From contig NC_135759.1 in NCBI RefSeq assembly GCF_052425735.1, positions 29,388,001 to 29,452,000 of the forward strand: a stretch of 64,000 nt of DNA, read 5' to 3'. Positions 12,111-24,235 of the stretch are shown here, piece by piece. Below the pieces are notes generated by a model. It was not told where the DNA came from. It saw nothing but the letters and a program-made list of their open reading frames with translations, and ran no database searches. How positions within the stretch are numbered: position 1 is the first letter of the stretch; each line of letters opens with the position of its first letter. A program made the position numbers and the translations under genes. This DNA is from Oculina patagonica. Its lineage: Eukaryota.

Positions 12111-13099
12111 TAACAATAAAATGATATTATAAACTAATGAAGCAATAAATGTATTGAATTAAAAGTTATTAAAGGAACTACAAATTCTTTCTGACTTTTT
12201 ATCGATCTCAAGTGAAACAGGTTCACTGTACAGTCACGAGTCACTCACCTTGATTAATTAAGTCTCCGACTAATTTAACAAAGTCCACGCTAGACATATA
12301 TTAACCACACTTTTCAATAGCTCTGAGTAATGCTAAAATATAAAGAGAAAGAGAAAATTGTAATCCCATAATTCGTAGTCAAATTCTTTTAATATAGCTA
12401 CAAGACCAAAAATATATTTTAAGAATTTAGAAATGCCCCTCTCCCAGACCCTGTGTCTCTACGATTATATAGTAAAATCCCGCGAGTAAGAACCTTAGAC
12501 CCCATTTTTATAAGAACCTGTTTAGCCTCGAATTTGGACACAGGTTTTTATTTTACTAAAATTGATTATAAATGTTTACTTTTGAGAAATAAGTTTCGAC
12601 AAAGCATTACTGAGCATGTATATAATATCATTTTCTAAATGATTAGTGCTTCATTTTTACATAAACACTTAGGTGGTATGAAAATTTTATACAAGGAATA
12701 GGCCGAATATCACTAAAAGTTCTATTAGCATCAATATAAATTTTCTTCAGAAATAAGAACCTATTAAGAACCTAAATAGCCTAAATTTGTGTTTAATAAA
12801 AAAAATAAAAAATAAATATATGTTTATAGTGGTCATGCACTTAGCTTCATATCTCGGCGAGATAGCTAGTGTTAACTACCATTTATATAAGAACCTGTTT
12901 ATTCTAACCTGGAAAAAGTTATTTTCTTACTCTCGGGTTTTTCATTTTATTTTGTTATTAATTTTGAAGGCTGGTTCTCATGCTCACTTTTACGTCATGC
13001 ATACATTGTTATAAACGTGTTGCATAAATTCGTACAAAAAGAACGTACAAAAACAAAAGTTCTACATTAACACATACCATTTGAACATTGACAACCCGG

Positions 13100-13350
13100 T
13101 TTGCATACTGCTAGGATCAGCAATGTCGAATTCATCAAGTTTGTAGTAAATAATAAAGATGGTAAATTTTAAGCTCGGTAATAAATAATGAAGATGAAGT
13201 ATTCAACATGACACGAGCATGGGACAAAGAAAAATTCTGAGTCCCCAACGGGAATCGAACCCATGGCCTCCCAGATACCGGTTGGGCGCTCTAACCAACT
13301 GAGCTACGAGAGACTCGTTGTGAGCTGGGCCATTTTACTAGGTTGATAAG
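13100..13350 (-). repeat. tRNA-derived interspersed repeat (SINE-like)
   Basis: Minus strand carries an A-box (TAGCTCAGTTGGTTAGAGC) and a B-box (GGTTCGATTCCC) at ~13240-13310, but no clean acceptor stem. Confidence 0.6.
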
Positions 13351-13794
13351 TGTTAAATACTTCATCTTCAATACTGTATTATATCTCTTCAACGTTACTG
13401 TAATTACAGTATGTGCGCAGTAACGTGGCCCAAATCAAAAAGTAAAACAAGTAAAACATGTAAAACATTGTTTTCAACATTGTTTTCTAAAAGTCTACCT
13501 ACCTGGAAAACATGAACATCAGTGAAACGAAGAAGTCATTTGCTGACATATTCAGAGAAAACAAACTCGAGCTCGAGAGCATTGACCTGGAAGATTAAGC
13601 CAAAGAATCGAAACAAGACCGAACAATACCAGTCAATTGTAGAATTTGCATTACCTCGTTGACTAGCACTGCATGACATCAGGAAAAGCTTAAAGCAACA
13701 GAATGAGACCCAAGAAAGGCGATAACAAACTGATCAGACTCCAGATGGGTAAATATCAGTGTTAGCACGTGCCTTTGGATTATAATAGTTTGCA

Positions 13795-14845
13795 ATAGGG
13801 ACAGTTTATAAAGGTCCTTACCAAACCACGACGGCGACGGCGACGGCGACGGCAACGACACTAAACGTCGCCAAACAATAACTGGGTTTAACGTGAGTTT
13901 ATATCCATATTGGTACATTTCCCATCGCCCTCTACAAAACAATAACTTGAAAGGACCAATCCTGTGTATTCTTGAGATCATGAACCACCACGACGGATTT
14001 TTTCATGTTTCTATTTTGAATTTAATACTGCGCGTATAATTTAGCTAGAGATTAGTTCTACAGTCGTGCCAAGAGAAGCGTACCCCCCCCCCCCCCCCGA
14101 GTATATTAATGAATCGATTATTTGAAAATTGAACCCGTTAGTCGCTTCAATAATGCATTCACATTGAAAAGGCGCGGTCATTATTCAAATCAAAAGTAGA
14201 CTTCTGATTGGACTTTATCCCTCTCATCTCTTCTTATAGAGCATACCTTTTTAACCCTTTAAAATCCAATAATATTGTTCTTCCTGAGGAATCCTGAAAA
14301 TGAAAAATTTGCAGCTATGGATAAGCTCACTGTTGCGAAGTCAATCGAACATATTCACGAATAAAGTTGTAAGAGCTTCGCCGGTAAACTACTTTTCCCT
14401 ACCATGTACACGAATAAGAATTTCTACAAGTTGTTCTAGATGTAAATAGCCACGAAAGCTCGATAACAATGTTTACAAGAAGTTTTACACATCACTCGAA
14501 CTCACTCACCTTTCCCGTCATGTTGGACGCCATGTTGAATATATCCATATAAGGCGCATCTCTGTTTCGCATAGTCCAATCAGAAGTCTACTTTTGATTT
14601 GAATAATGATCCGCGCCTTTTCACGGTGAATGCATTATTGAATCGACTAACGGGTTCAATTTTCAAATAATCGATTCATTAATGTACTCTTGGGGGGTAC
14701 GCTTCTCTTGGCACGACTGTAACACCGATGAACGCACTAAATAAATTACGATAGATGCGAGATTTTATCAGTAAAATATGAATTATTTTTTAGTCGACGT
14801 TGCATGTCGTCAGTGTCGCCGTCGTGGTTTTGTAAGTTCCCTGAT
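13795..14845. mobile_element. MITE with (GACGGC)n subterminal repeats, hosting a nested element
   Basis: Left AGGGA...CTTACCAAACCACGACGGCGAC; right GTCGCCGTCGTGGTTTTGTAAGTTCCCT. Confidence 0.6.
14061..14719. mobile_element. Tc1/mariner-type MITE with long (~150 bp) TIRs
   Basis: TA|CAGTCGTGCCAAGAGAAGCGTACCCCCC...GGGGGGTACGCTTCTCTTGGCACGACTG|TA. Confidence 0.9.
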
Positions 14846-15447
14846 ATTGAGCACAAGAAACGAACGCAACTCAAACTTGGTCTTGTATTTTTTATATACA
14901 TAAGGTAATAGCAAAGGAAAGAAAAAGACAGACGAAATCTATGGTCCGAGAAGACAACGCGTAAAACGCTGACTTTAGGATAGACTTGCAAGCTGCCCTT
15001 TTAGCCAATCGGTCGAAAAAGTGAAAACAAGTGCAAATTGTTATGACTTCTGTCGTTGACTTATGTCATATTGTGGATAATACCTTTTGAACCGAGACAA
15101 AAACAGTACGATAAATTGTATTTCATACCAAACAAGAAAGTAAGAAAGGTTAAGAAAACTACGTGACCACTTGAATATAAACATGTACTTTAAGATAACC
15201 GAAATTCATCTACCTTTGCAAGCTGGAAGTATTTCAATAAGTCCCAATAACAACAACACGAATTATCTTGAGCAAAATATGGTTGTTTAAAACACTTAAA
15301 GACAGCTGCTGGCAAACAGTGCAAAAAAATATATTTACCTTTTTAGCCACGATCGTAGGCTAAGACTAAATTTGTGCTTGGTTTCAGTTCCATTGCCATC
15401 AGATCGGTGCGTTAGATCTGAATCCCTGACAAGCCTGAATGTTTGAA

Positions 15448-15947
15448 NNNNNNNNNNNNNNNNNNNNNNNNNNNNNNNNNNNNNNNNNNNNNNNNNNNNN
15501 NNNNNNNNNNNNNNNNNNNNNNNNNNNNNNNNNNNNNNNNNNNNNNNNNNNNNNNNNNNNNNNNNNNNNNNNNNNNNNNNNNNNNNNNNNNNNNNNNNNN
15601 NNNNNNNNNNNNNNNNNNNNNNNNNNNNNNNNNNNNNNNNNNNNNNNNNNNNNNNNNNNNNNNNNNNNNNNNNNNNNNNNNNNNNNNNNNNNNNNNNNNN
15701 NNNNNNNNNNNNNNNNNNNNNNNNNNNNNNNNNNNNNNNNNNNNNNNNNNNNNNNNNNNNNNNNNNNNNNNNNNNNNNNNNNNNNNNNNNNNNNNNNNNN
15801 NNNNNNNNNNNNNNNNNNNNNNNNNNNNNNNNNNNNNNNNNNNNNNNNNNNNNNNNNNNNNNNNNNNNNNNNNNNNNNNNNNNNNNNNNNNNNNNNNNNN
15901 NNNNNNNNNNNNNNNNNNNNNNNNNNNNNNNNNNNNNNNNNNNNNNN
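15448..15947. other. Assembly gap (500 N)
   Basis: Run of N. Confidence 1.
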
Positions 15948-16234
15948 TTAACAAAAATTCAGTGTTTTTCAAATCCATGTTATCTTTACAAATCCAGCCA
16001 ACTGAGCGGAAGTGACGACTGTACAATTTCCTGTCTTTCCAAATTCCAGATCAGCACCTGGATGAGTCCCAGTCAGATATCTAGAAAAACAGGTCTGACA
16101 GGTTTAAGTGGGATATACAGCCAGATGTCTATAGAAAACCGGTCTGACAGGTTCAATTGGATAAAATTGCGCTGGGTGTAGTCTAACTCTTAGTTCGGAG
16201 TGTTGATACAGCAAGGCCGGTAGCCCTTTTCATC

Positions 16235-19200
16235 ATGAAGAACATTTGGTTGATTTTGTTAGTAATCGCTGTCGTGTTGCTCGTCGCAGCAGAGTCTAAG
16301 AGAGACCGCAAGCCTGGTAAAAAGTTTGGGCTGGGTAAAGGAAAAGGAGGCAACAAAAGGCCAAATAAAAATGGTAAGTTATTTGACAACGATTTTCAAT
16401 TTGTAAAATTGAAAATATAAACAATTAGCACCGTAGGCAAGAAATGCGCGTTAGCTTTTATCTGAATGATTACAGATACCACTCTGCGCCAATATTTCGA
16501 TACGTCATGATCCTGTTGAATATCGCAGAAACACTAGTAGATGTCTGCGCATTCTTGTGCAGCTACTCAGTGTTCGTGTTTAGAATTAGGAACGTAAATG
16601 ATCTGTCGCGTATTAAGACAATTTCCAAACAATGATTCGCTCTGCAATTTTTATGTTTGGTTTAAAATGGTGTCATTTGATGTTTTAACAGTCATGATAA
16701 AGAATTCTCAGGTATAGGAATGAACGGGAATTCTTAGAAATGACCGGGATTTCTAAATCTTTAAACTGATTGTGTTTTCTTATCCTCCACCAGAATGCCC
16801 CAGAAACTGCATAACCTGCGGGCTAGCTGGGAGATGCCTCGAGTGCGACGACGGATTTGCCAAAATCACCTTGCCCAAACGAGCGAATAAAACCATTTGT
16901 GTTCCTTGCAGTCAACAGCCATCAAACAAAAGAAAAGGCCTGAACCGAGACAACTCCAAATGTCCTTCAGGTAAGGATAGCAGAGGATTTTGTCATCATT
17001 ACCGTGTCTAATGGTCAAGTCACAATTTCCCACTACTTGGTCTCTGTTTATTTCTTGTTATTATGCTTGGGAGAATAAAAGTACAATCGTTCCTTTGTTC
17101 CCATGACCTTGGATCACACTGGAGCTTGTATTGTTTCTTGATCCGTGTTGATTATTCGAGTGACAAAGGGCCATGCGCCAAAGTGACAATTATCACGGGC
17201 TGTGAAATTACCCAACTGCTGCTTGACATCTGTCATATCGTATCGCTGTGCACGTGCTCAAATTTACCTGAAAGGCTTGATAATCAAGTTAAAATGACCT
17301 TTCTAATTCCAGACATGTTATGATACGTTTGATCTGTTATAACAATGTACAGGGGCCAACTGTGATCAATTATTTGTTTGCCACTTAATAGTGCTTTATT
17401 ACTGTACTTATATGTAGTCTTTCGCATGTGATGATTCAGGGTGATTTTACCAAACCCCGTCAAAAAGTTATTACTTCTTCACATACAATAAGACTAATTC
17501 CATGGTTTCCTACTGTTTAGCTTTGACTATTACGCACTAACTGCTAGATATTGTTTTGTGGGTTAAATGAAATCACTCTATCTACTTAGTTGTTTGGGCA
17601 ATACCATCTGTAAATGGGAATGCTAATAAAATTGTTGTTATTGTTTTTGTAGTAGTTGATCACCTTTCCTCCTAACAGCGGCTTAGAACTATGAGGTAAC
17701 AATTAACCAGGCAGCAAATTAGACAATTTGTTCATGATATCAAAGATGCCAGGGTACCACTTAGCTCGTGTGGCAGTGTTGTAATACATTTACATGTACA
17801 CTTAATTGAAGAAATGTTGACTTTGTAAAAAGCATAAACCATGAACGATAAGACACAATGTTTTTTTCTTTTGGGGTCTAAAAAGCGTGATTTAAGCAAC
17901 CTGCCATATCATAATGCTTATTTTGTCAAAGACAGGGATTAATTTTTCAGATTTCCCAGCAAACATTGGGTCGCATCTTTCATGGTTTATGCTTTTCACG
18001 GGTCAACGTTTCTTCAATTATAAAGTATATATAGATTTAAAATCGTAAAACAAAGAGACTTAAAATACCATAATTACAAAGTAGTTTATAAAATAGTAAT
18101 AATTAAAAGGTTAAAAAGTAGAAACGATGCAAAGATATAAAGATGTAAAAGACATATCATAATCACATTTGTAAGTTAGCCAAACAAATGGGGTTAAATC
18201 GGCGGTAACAAACTCAACGAAAAAACGTTGCCTAATGTGCTTCGACTTGTGTTGCATGTTTCAGTGCCTACACCCGCACCTGTCTGTCCTAAGAACTGCT
18301 CAAGCTGTCAAGATGGAACCTGCCTTGTCTGTGACGGTGGATTTGCGTTAGTTTCTAGGCGTAAAAATAAAACAATCTGTATTCCCTGTGGCTTGGGAAG
18401 AAATGGCAAAAAAGGCGACCGATCACAGTGTGGTGCAGGTAATTGTTCTTGTTGTTGCTCTGTCTTGAGATGTGACTTAAAAGTCTTGTCCCTTAAGCTG
18501 ACAGTCAGTTCAGTTGAATTCATCTCCCTTTTAATTTTGGGCAACTTCTTAGAAGGTAGCGAAAACTTGAATTAACCGGTTCCATTTGTTGGTTTGCCGG
18601 ACTCAACCGGGATGGCTTCTTTCAGACACTGTTAGCTGTGAAAAAATAATAAAACTAAGAGATTCATCTAAAGGAACTACGTCATGGGGATTTTTCAGAT
18701 TTTTGGCTTAAACTGCTCTACTCGCCCTACCTGCTATAGTTATGGTTGTAATATTTCATTTCAAAAATGGCTTGTAAATGATGTTGATGTTGATAAAATT
18801 AGAGGTAAGCAACCCATAAAAGACTTTACCTTTTTACATCCAAAGAAAGATATAACCTTAATGTAGGGATAGAAATTAAGTTTCGGCTATAAATATCGGT
18901 CTTTCTTTTTTCAACTATAATTATAATATCGGAAACAAATAAAAAAGTTTAGCCTCAATTTTTCAAAGTGGCAAACCATTTCAATCGTTATAGCCATCTG
19001 CAGCCAAAGACGCTTGTTAACAGTTGCAGTGCTCTAACATAGCAATTGTCAATAAAAATGGACCATTATTTTAGGTTTCCTGCGACATAAATATAAATTT
19101 TGGCAATTCAAAAATCTGTTAAAATCAGTGACAAAGCCCCCTTGAAATTCCCTAGCTTTTCATTTCCTCGCCACATGTACCCATTAAAACAACTGCTGCA

Positions 19201-20494
19201 ATCGTGAAATAAATTTTTAAATTTGCTTTTAATATTGTCTTTCAGAGTCTTGTGGAAAAGGCTGTCTTAACTGCACAGAGAGCATCTGCAGTGAATGCAA
19301 AGATGGATTCGAAATGATTGAAGAGAAGAATAAGTGTAAAAAGAAGAAAGGCAAGTTCTAATTCATTAGATGCTAGATGCAAGAGTCTGTTCGCAGGCTA
19401 GTATGTAGACCACCTTCCAATCAGGACTTAACAATCCCTGTTCTTTTTCGGTTATAATTAATGTGTGTCTTTCAAACAACACATTGTTCTGAGGTGTTCT
19501 CACACCGCAAAAAATTACTAATATTGATGTATTATCTCTGAATCGGTAATCCAAACATCGACTTGAAGGCCAGCCAGAACTCTGGACTCCAAATGCCGCC
19601 GATTTTCCCATAAGGCATTTTATTAACAATGGCAATCAAATCTTAATCCTCCCCATCGACAAAAAACCTCATCATACCAGTTTTTCTAGACAAAATATCT
19701 TCATCTTCCAGAAGCCAAGAAATTTTGTAAACAAGGGAGTTCGATAGCTGGCGTATTCTTATACGCTTTTGTTATCTACTAACTACTCTACTACTTCGTT
19801 CACAGATTGTGGAAAAGGTTGTCTTAATTGCACATCAGGTGTTTGCTCCCAGTGCAAAGAAGGCTTCACTCTCAACCGGAGGTCAAGAAGATGCGTTAAG
19901 CCATGCACACCCGCTGATCCTGATTTTAAAACTCCAGCCTGTGAAGGAAAAGGCAAAGGAAAGGAAGGGAAAAATAAACGAAAAGGCAAGTTCACTGATT
20001 TCTGTTTTGTTGCATACTTTCATGGATTCAGTCAGGTTCACATTAAAAGGAAAGTGTCACGAGAAATCTTCTAAGTTTTGTAAAGAGGCCCTGTTCCGGC
20101 CAAAAATGTTTAGTAAATTACTCGCAATCAATGGTTTTCGAGAAACTTTCTTTCAACTTGAAAACTTCAACTTGAAATTTTCATTAAATTTGAAAACAAC
20201 GGCCCGACGTTTTCAAGATTACGTCCAAAACTTTCCTACCAATTTGTACCCAAACAACATTTTAAGGACTTGTAAAGTACGTTTCAGCAAGGCCAGGCCC
20301 CTATGAGTGGATTTACAATTCAAACCAACACTTTCATGGGATTTTCAAATTGCACTATAAAATCTTAGTGATACTGCCCCTTTATGGTTTAAACTAAGCA
20401 GTGTACTGATACGTTTCTTTCTGTTTAAAAAACAGGAGGCAAAGGAAAACCAAAGCGCAAGCCGACACCTAACCCTGTAACAAAACCACAGTAA
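16235..20494 (+). CDS. Secreted cationic furin-like-repeat protein, type A (gene 1, 277 aa)
   Basis: Exons 16235-16373, 16794-16970, 18265-18438, 19246-19350, 19806-19985, 20436-20494 total 834 nt in frame; all introns phase 1; introns 4 and 5 use AG|GCAAGT donors. Signal peptide MKNIWLILLVIAVVLLVAA, K/G-rich arm, four CxxxCxxCx4-5CxxC modules, tail GKGKPKRKPTPNPVTKPQ*. AATAAA at 20552, 20651 and 20699. Confidence 0.9.
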
Positions 20495-21292
20495 CTGCAG
20501 ATTCAGAAGACCACTGCCCGTATTAAATGGAAACTACCTATACCGGAGCCGAATAAAGCCACAGTAACCTAACACTTCTAAACTAACCCAGCACAACCAC
20601 ACTAACGCAAGACAGCACAGACAATCGCTTAACATAACCAACTGATTAGTAATAAACATTTAACTATAATTGCAAGAACATGGTTGCGATCATGTTGAAA
20701 TAAAAGCTGATTGGATCAAGCCATTGTTTTCCTTTATTCCTAGCTTCATAGTTACAGCACTTACTCTTTAGCTTAGTGATTATTTCATGTATAAACAGAA
20801 TTAACAAAATCACACGGGGTGATTGATAAGGGTTTTGAATAGATTAGAGAAACCTGTTTTTATTAAGTTCGGGTTATTGAGAACCTGTATTACTAGACGG
20901 AACTGTCACAGATACGAAGAGACCGTTGATCGCTGTTATTGAAGTATCATATGTAGAATAGAAAGTTTCGTATTTTGTTATAAAGCTGCACAGTTAAAAT
21001 CTGTTGTTGTATTTCCAAATCTGACTGTTATGAGCGTGCAAGGAAAACTTGTTATCATGCCAGGGCATTGGCTGACCATATCCAAAAAGTTAAGATAGTT
21101 ATTACGTGATCTTCCCCACCCTTCTTGTCCTCTACTGTGTAGCAATGCATTTGTTTCTTGATTAAATGTCCATCAATCCAAAAGGAAAAAAAAAACTTTT
21201 GTATGGAAATCATTGAAGAGGAATTGCCAACTCTCATATCGGTATCGTAGCAACGAAATTCTACAACCCGCGCGCAAGGAAGTCAGGGGGTA

Positions 21293-21780
21293 CACTCTTT
21301 TTTTTCTATAAGAATCTTGTTTATAAGAATATCGAGGCTGAAATTTGTGAACTTTTAAGAATATCTTAAGAATAAACCCGAGGCTGATGTTTTTGAAAAG
21401 AATAATTTGAGTTGCAATTAATGCAATTAATTATGTTTTTAATTGAAACAAAATCAGGTGTTTTCATTTCCTTCATTGCATCATTGTAGCCCTGTGAGGA
21501 ATGCTTTGTGTTTAAAAAGCCAAACGGCCAAGTGTTATCTGACGCGACATGTTGATCTTGCTGGCTGCAAGGCTAGGAGTGATGCAACACTTGCACAATG
21601 TAACACGATACAGAATTGGACACTAAACACTAATAATTGATTACCCAATACTTGCTAAAACGGACATTTCAAACGGTATTTTCTAAGAATGTTCATAAGA
21701 ATATTTTCAGCCTAAAATCGGCAGAAAAATAATACTCAGCCTGGGTCGGAAAAACTGTATTCTTATAAAAAAAAAGAGTG
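21293..21780. mobile_element. TA-flanked MITE
   Basis: TA|CACTCTTTTTTTTCTATAAGAAT...ATTCTTATAAAAAAAAAGAGTG|TA. Absent from the paralogous site near 32415; a related copy lies at 22871-23254. Confidence 0.8.
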
Positions 21781-22329
21781 TATCCCTCTTAATATCAGGG
21801 GGGTAGAGGTTAGGGTGTGCTGACTCCACTTACCCGGCCTATCTTATTCAATTTTTTCACGACCCTGTACCCTTTTGCTTAAAGCGGTCTTTGATTCGAT
21901 TAAACGCTTAAACGCCGGGTACCGTATAAACGCCGGGTATCTAAGGTGCAGTTGAAAATAGAAGTTAATTAAACGCGGGGTTCATCAGGCTAAGTTTGAA
22001 TAAATGCTGGGGGTGTTTAATCGAGAAAATACGTTTGCCCCTCTTACCTTTAAAGGCCAAGGTTTCCTTTTCCGTGCCGGCGGCCGCAATTTAAAAATAT
22101 CTTGACAAACTCATATTATGTAACATGACAAACATGAGTAATGATTCAAACTCACCCAGGGCGCATACTTCAAGCTTCGCAGCGTGTTTTTCGGTTCCCG
22201 CAGACGGCAACTATTTCTGAAATCCCTTACCGTGACCTTTAGTGCATTAAATGAAAACAATGCAATTTTTTTACTTCCCACATTAAGCAAAGCATTTTAT
22301 TTTAGCAAAGCGTTAACAGCCTATCAGTT

Positions 22330-22830
22330 AAAATTAATTGGCACCAACAGGAAATTCGACTTTTATGCCTCATTTGAATCTGGTTTCCTGGATGTGATAA
22401 ACAATCCTCGCCATATAACTGCTACAAACATATTTCGATTTGGAAATCATAAATCACGTATTGAAACTGGTAGATACACAATATCCAAGACGTTTATTCT
22501 TTAATAAATTCGAAAACCTGCTCTTTCTGCCACATTTTCCATTTTTGTGCAATTAATGACAGTTACGTTTCAAATTGAGATATAGTATTTTTAATGCGTT
22601 CCATGTGAATGCAAAAACTTCGTTCCTTTGTAACAGTATTGATCCTGCTGTAGTCAACTGCTGCTTTTGTTTTTCATGCAATGTCCCTTAGAGATAAAAC
22701 TTTGTTTGTAAAATGAGAGCATTATCTATTTATTTCTGATATAATCATATTTTCTTTAGTTTAATAGGTAATGCCGTGCACTGTTATAATTTGTTGTTGT
22801 CGTCGTCGTTGTTGTTGTTGTTGTTGTTCA
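22330..22830 (+). mobile_element. Degenerate 3' fragment of a non-LTR retrotransposon (RTEX-like C-terminus)
   Basis: Peptide FRFGNHKSRIETGRYT resembles a LINE ORF2 C-terminal motif; followed by a (GTT)n tail; paralogous remnant at ~32860-33125. Confidence 0.5.
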
Positions 22831-24235
22831 TACTCTCCAGCCTGACAAAGGTACCCCTTTCGGGCGGAAACACTCTTTTTTTTCTATAAGAATCTACTTT
22901 ATAAAAATATCGAGGTTGAATTTGCCAGATTTTAAGGATATTTCAAGAATAAACCCGAGGTTGAGATTTTGTAAATACAATATTCCAATTTCTAAACGGC
23001 AAAACTGGTTAAAAAAAGGCAATAAAGGCAGCGCGAGCCGTATGTTTAGCTATGTTTGATGCTAATAACATTTCTGCAAGACGATGTATACACCAAACAC
23101 TTGTTTTTGATACCCCAATACATTCTAAAATGAAAATGTCATACGCTATAATATATCTAAGAATATTCACAAGAATATTTTCAGCTAAAATCGACAGAAA
23201 AATAAGAATATTCAGCCTAGGCCGAAAAACAATATTCTTATAGAGAAAAGAGTGTAGTCGTCATGATAGGGAGTACCCTCCTCGCTGGGAACGTGACGAT
23301 TTATAATATATATTGATCAGTAAAAAACCCTGCAGAAATAACCACCAATTAGACAGATTGAATTAGAAGAACGAAAATTATGCAATTTTATTAACCAAGT
23401 AAAAGATTAAATTAGATTATTCGTAGGCCCGCTAAGTGTTTTACTGGTCGGTACTGTTTGTCTGTACTTCGTAACTGGTACGTGCAAAAAGCCAAATTCC
23501 ACGCCGTATTGCTTGTGCTGTATGGAGAGTCAGACTGCTAGCCTGTATTGTAGGCTACGTAATGCCGAGACTGAACTGGCTGCCAGCCAATGCATCGTCC
23601 GGAAGTTCTCTCTCTTTTTTTAACTTTTTCTTAAAACATTTTTCCGGTAATGGAACTAAGCTGTTTAATATCCTTCTGCAGGTCAAGAGTGATACGGCAG
23701 GAGTCACGTTCAAAATAACAATTACTTTTAACATACCTTATAATGAATAATTTCAGACAATTCAGTATGATCAAAGACTTGGTATTTTATACAAAATTAG
23801 CTTTAGCGGGTATACAGAATCGCTCACAGGGTCGACGTATGCATGTGTGATATGACGACCTGTGAAACAAAGTACGTATTGTTTGTTTTTTTTGCGATTA
23901 TCTTTTATCTGAATGGATCATTCTTGGGCAGTGTATTCCAAAAGGGACATACTGAGACAAATAAGGTCATCTTTCAATAACCTGCGATCAGGCTTTCTTT
24001 TTTTCGCGGCGGAGGAAAGGAGAAAATTCATTTTTCCGTTGACCCCTCCGCCCCGAGAAAAATAACGCCTGATCGCAGTTTAATCTTTCAAAGACTTCTC
24101 TGCTGTACTGTAGTGTCAAAATAACTTCTTTTCTGTGGTAAGAATTACATCGGGAATGTAACGTGCCAACACTTACGAGGGCGTTTAATCTCGCATGACA
24201 TCAGCCAAGGCTATCTTTCACGAGGCTTAAATAAC

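Noticed and set aside
13240-13310. Functional tRNA gene (also 56365-56445 and 58088-58150)
   Set aside because: A and B boxes are present, but the acceptor stems do not pair and the sequences sit within interspersed repeats.
15412-16026. Long ORFs of X residues (also 39900-40709 and 60642-60896)
   Set aside because: Artefacts of N gaps.
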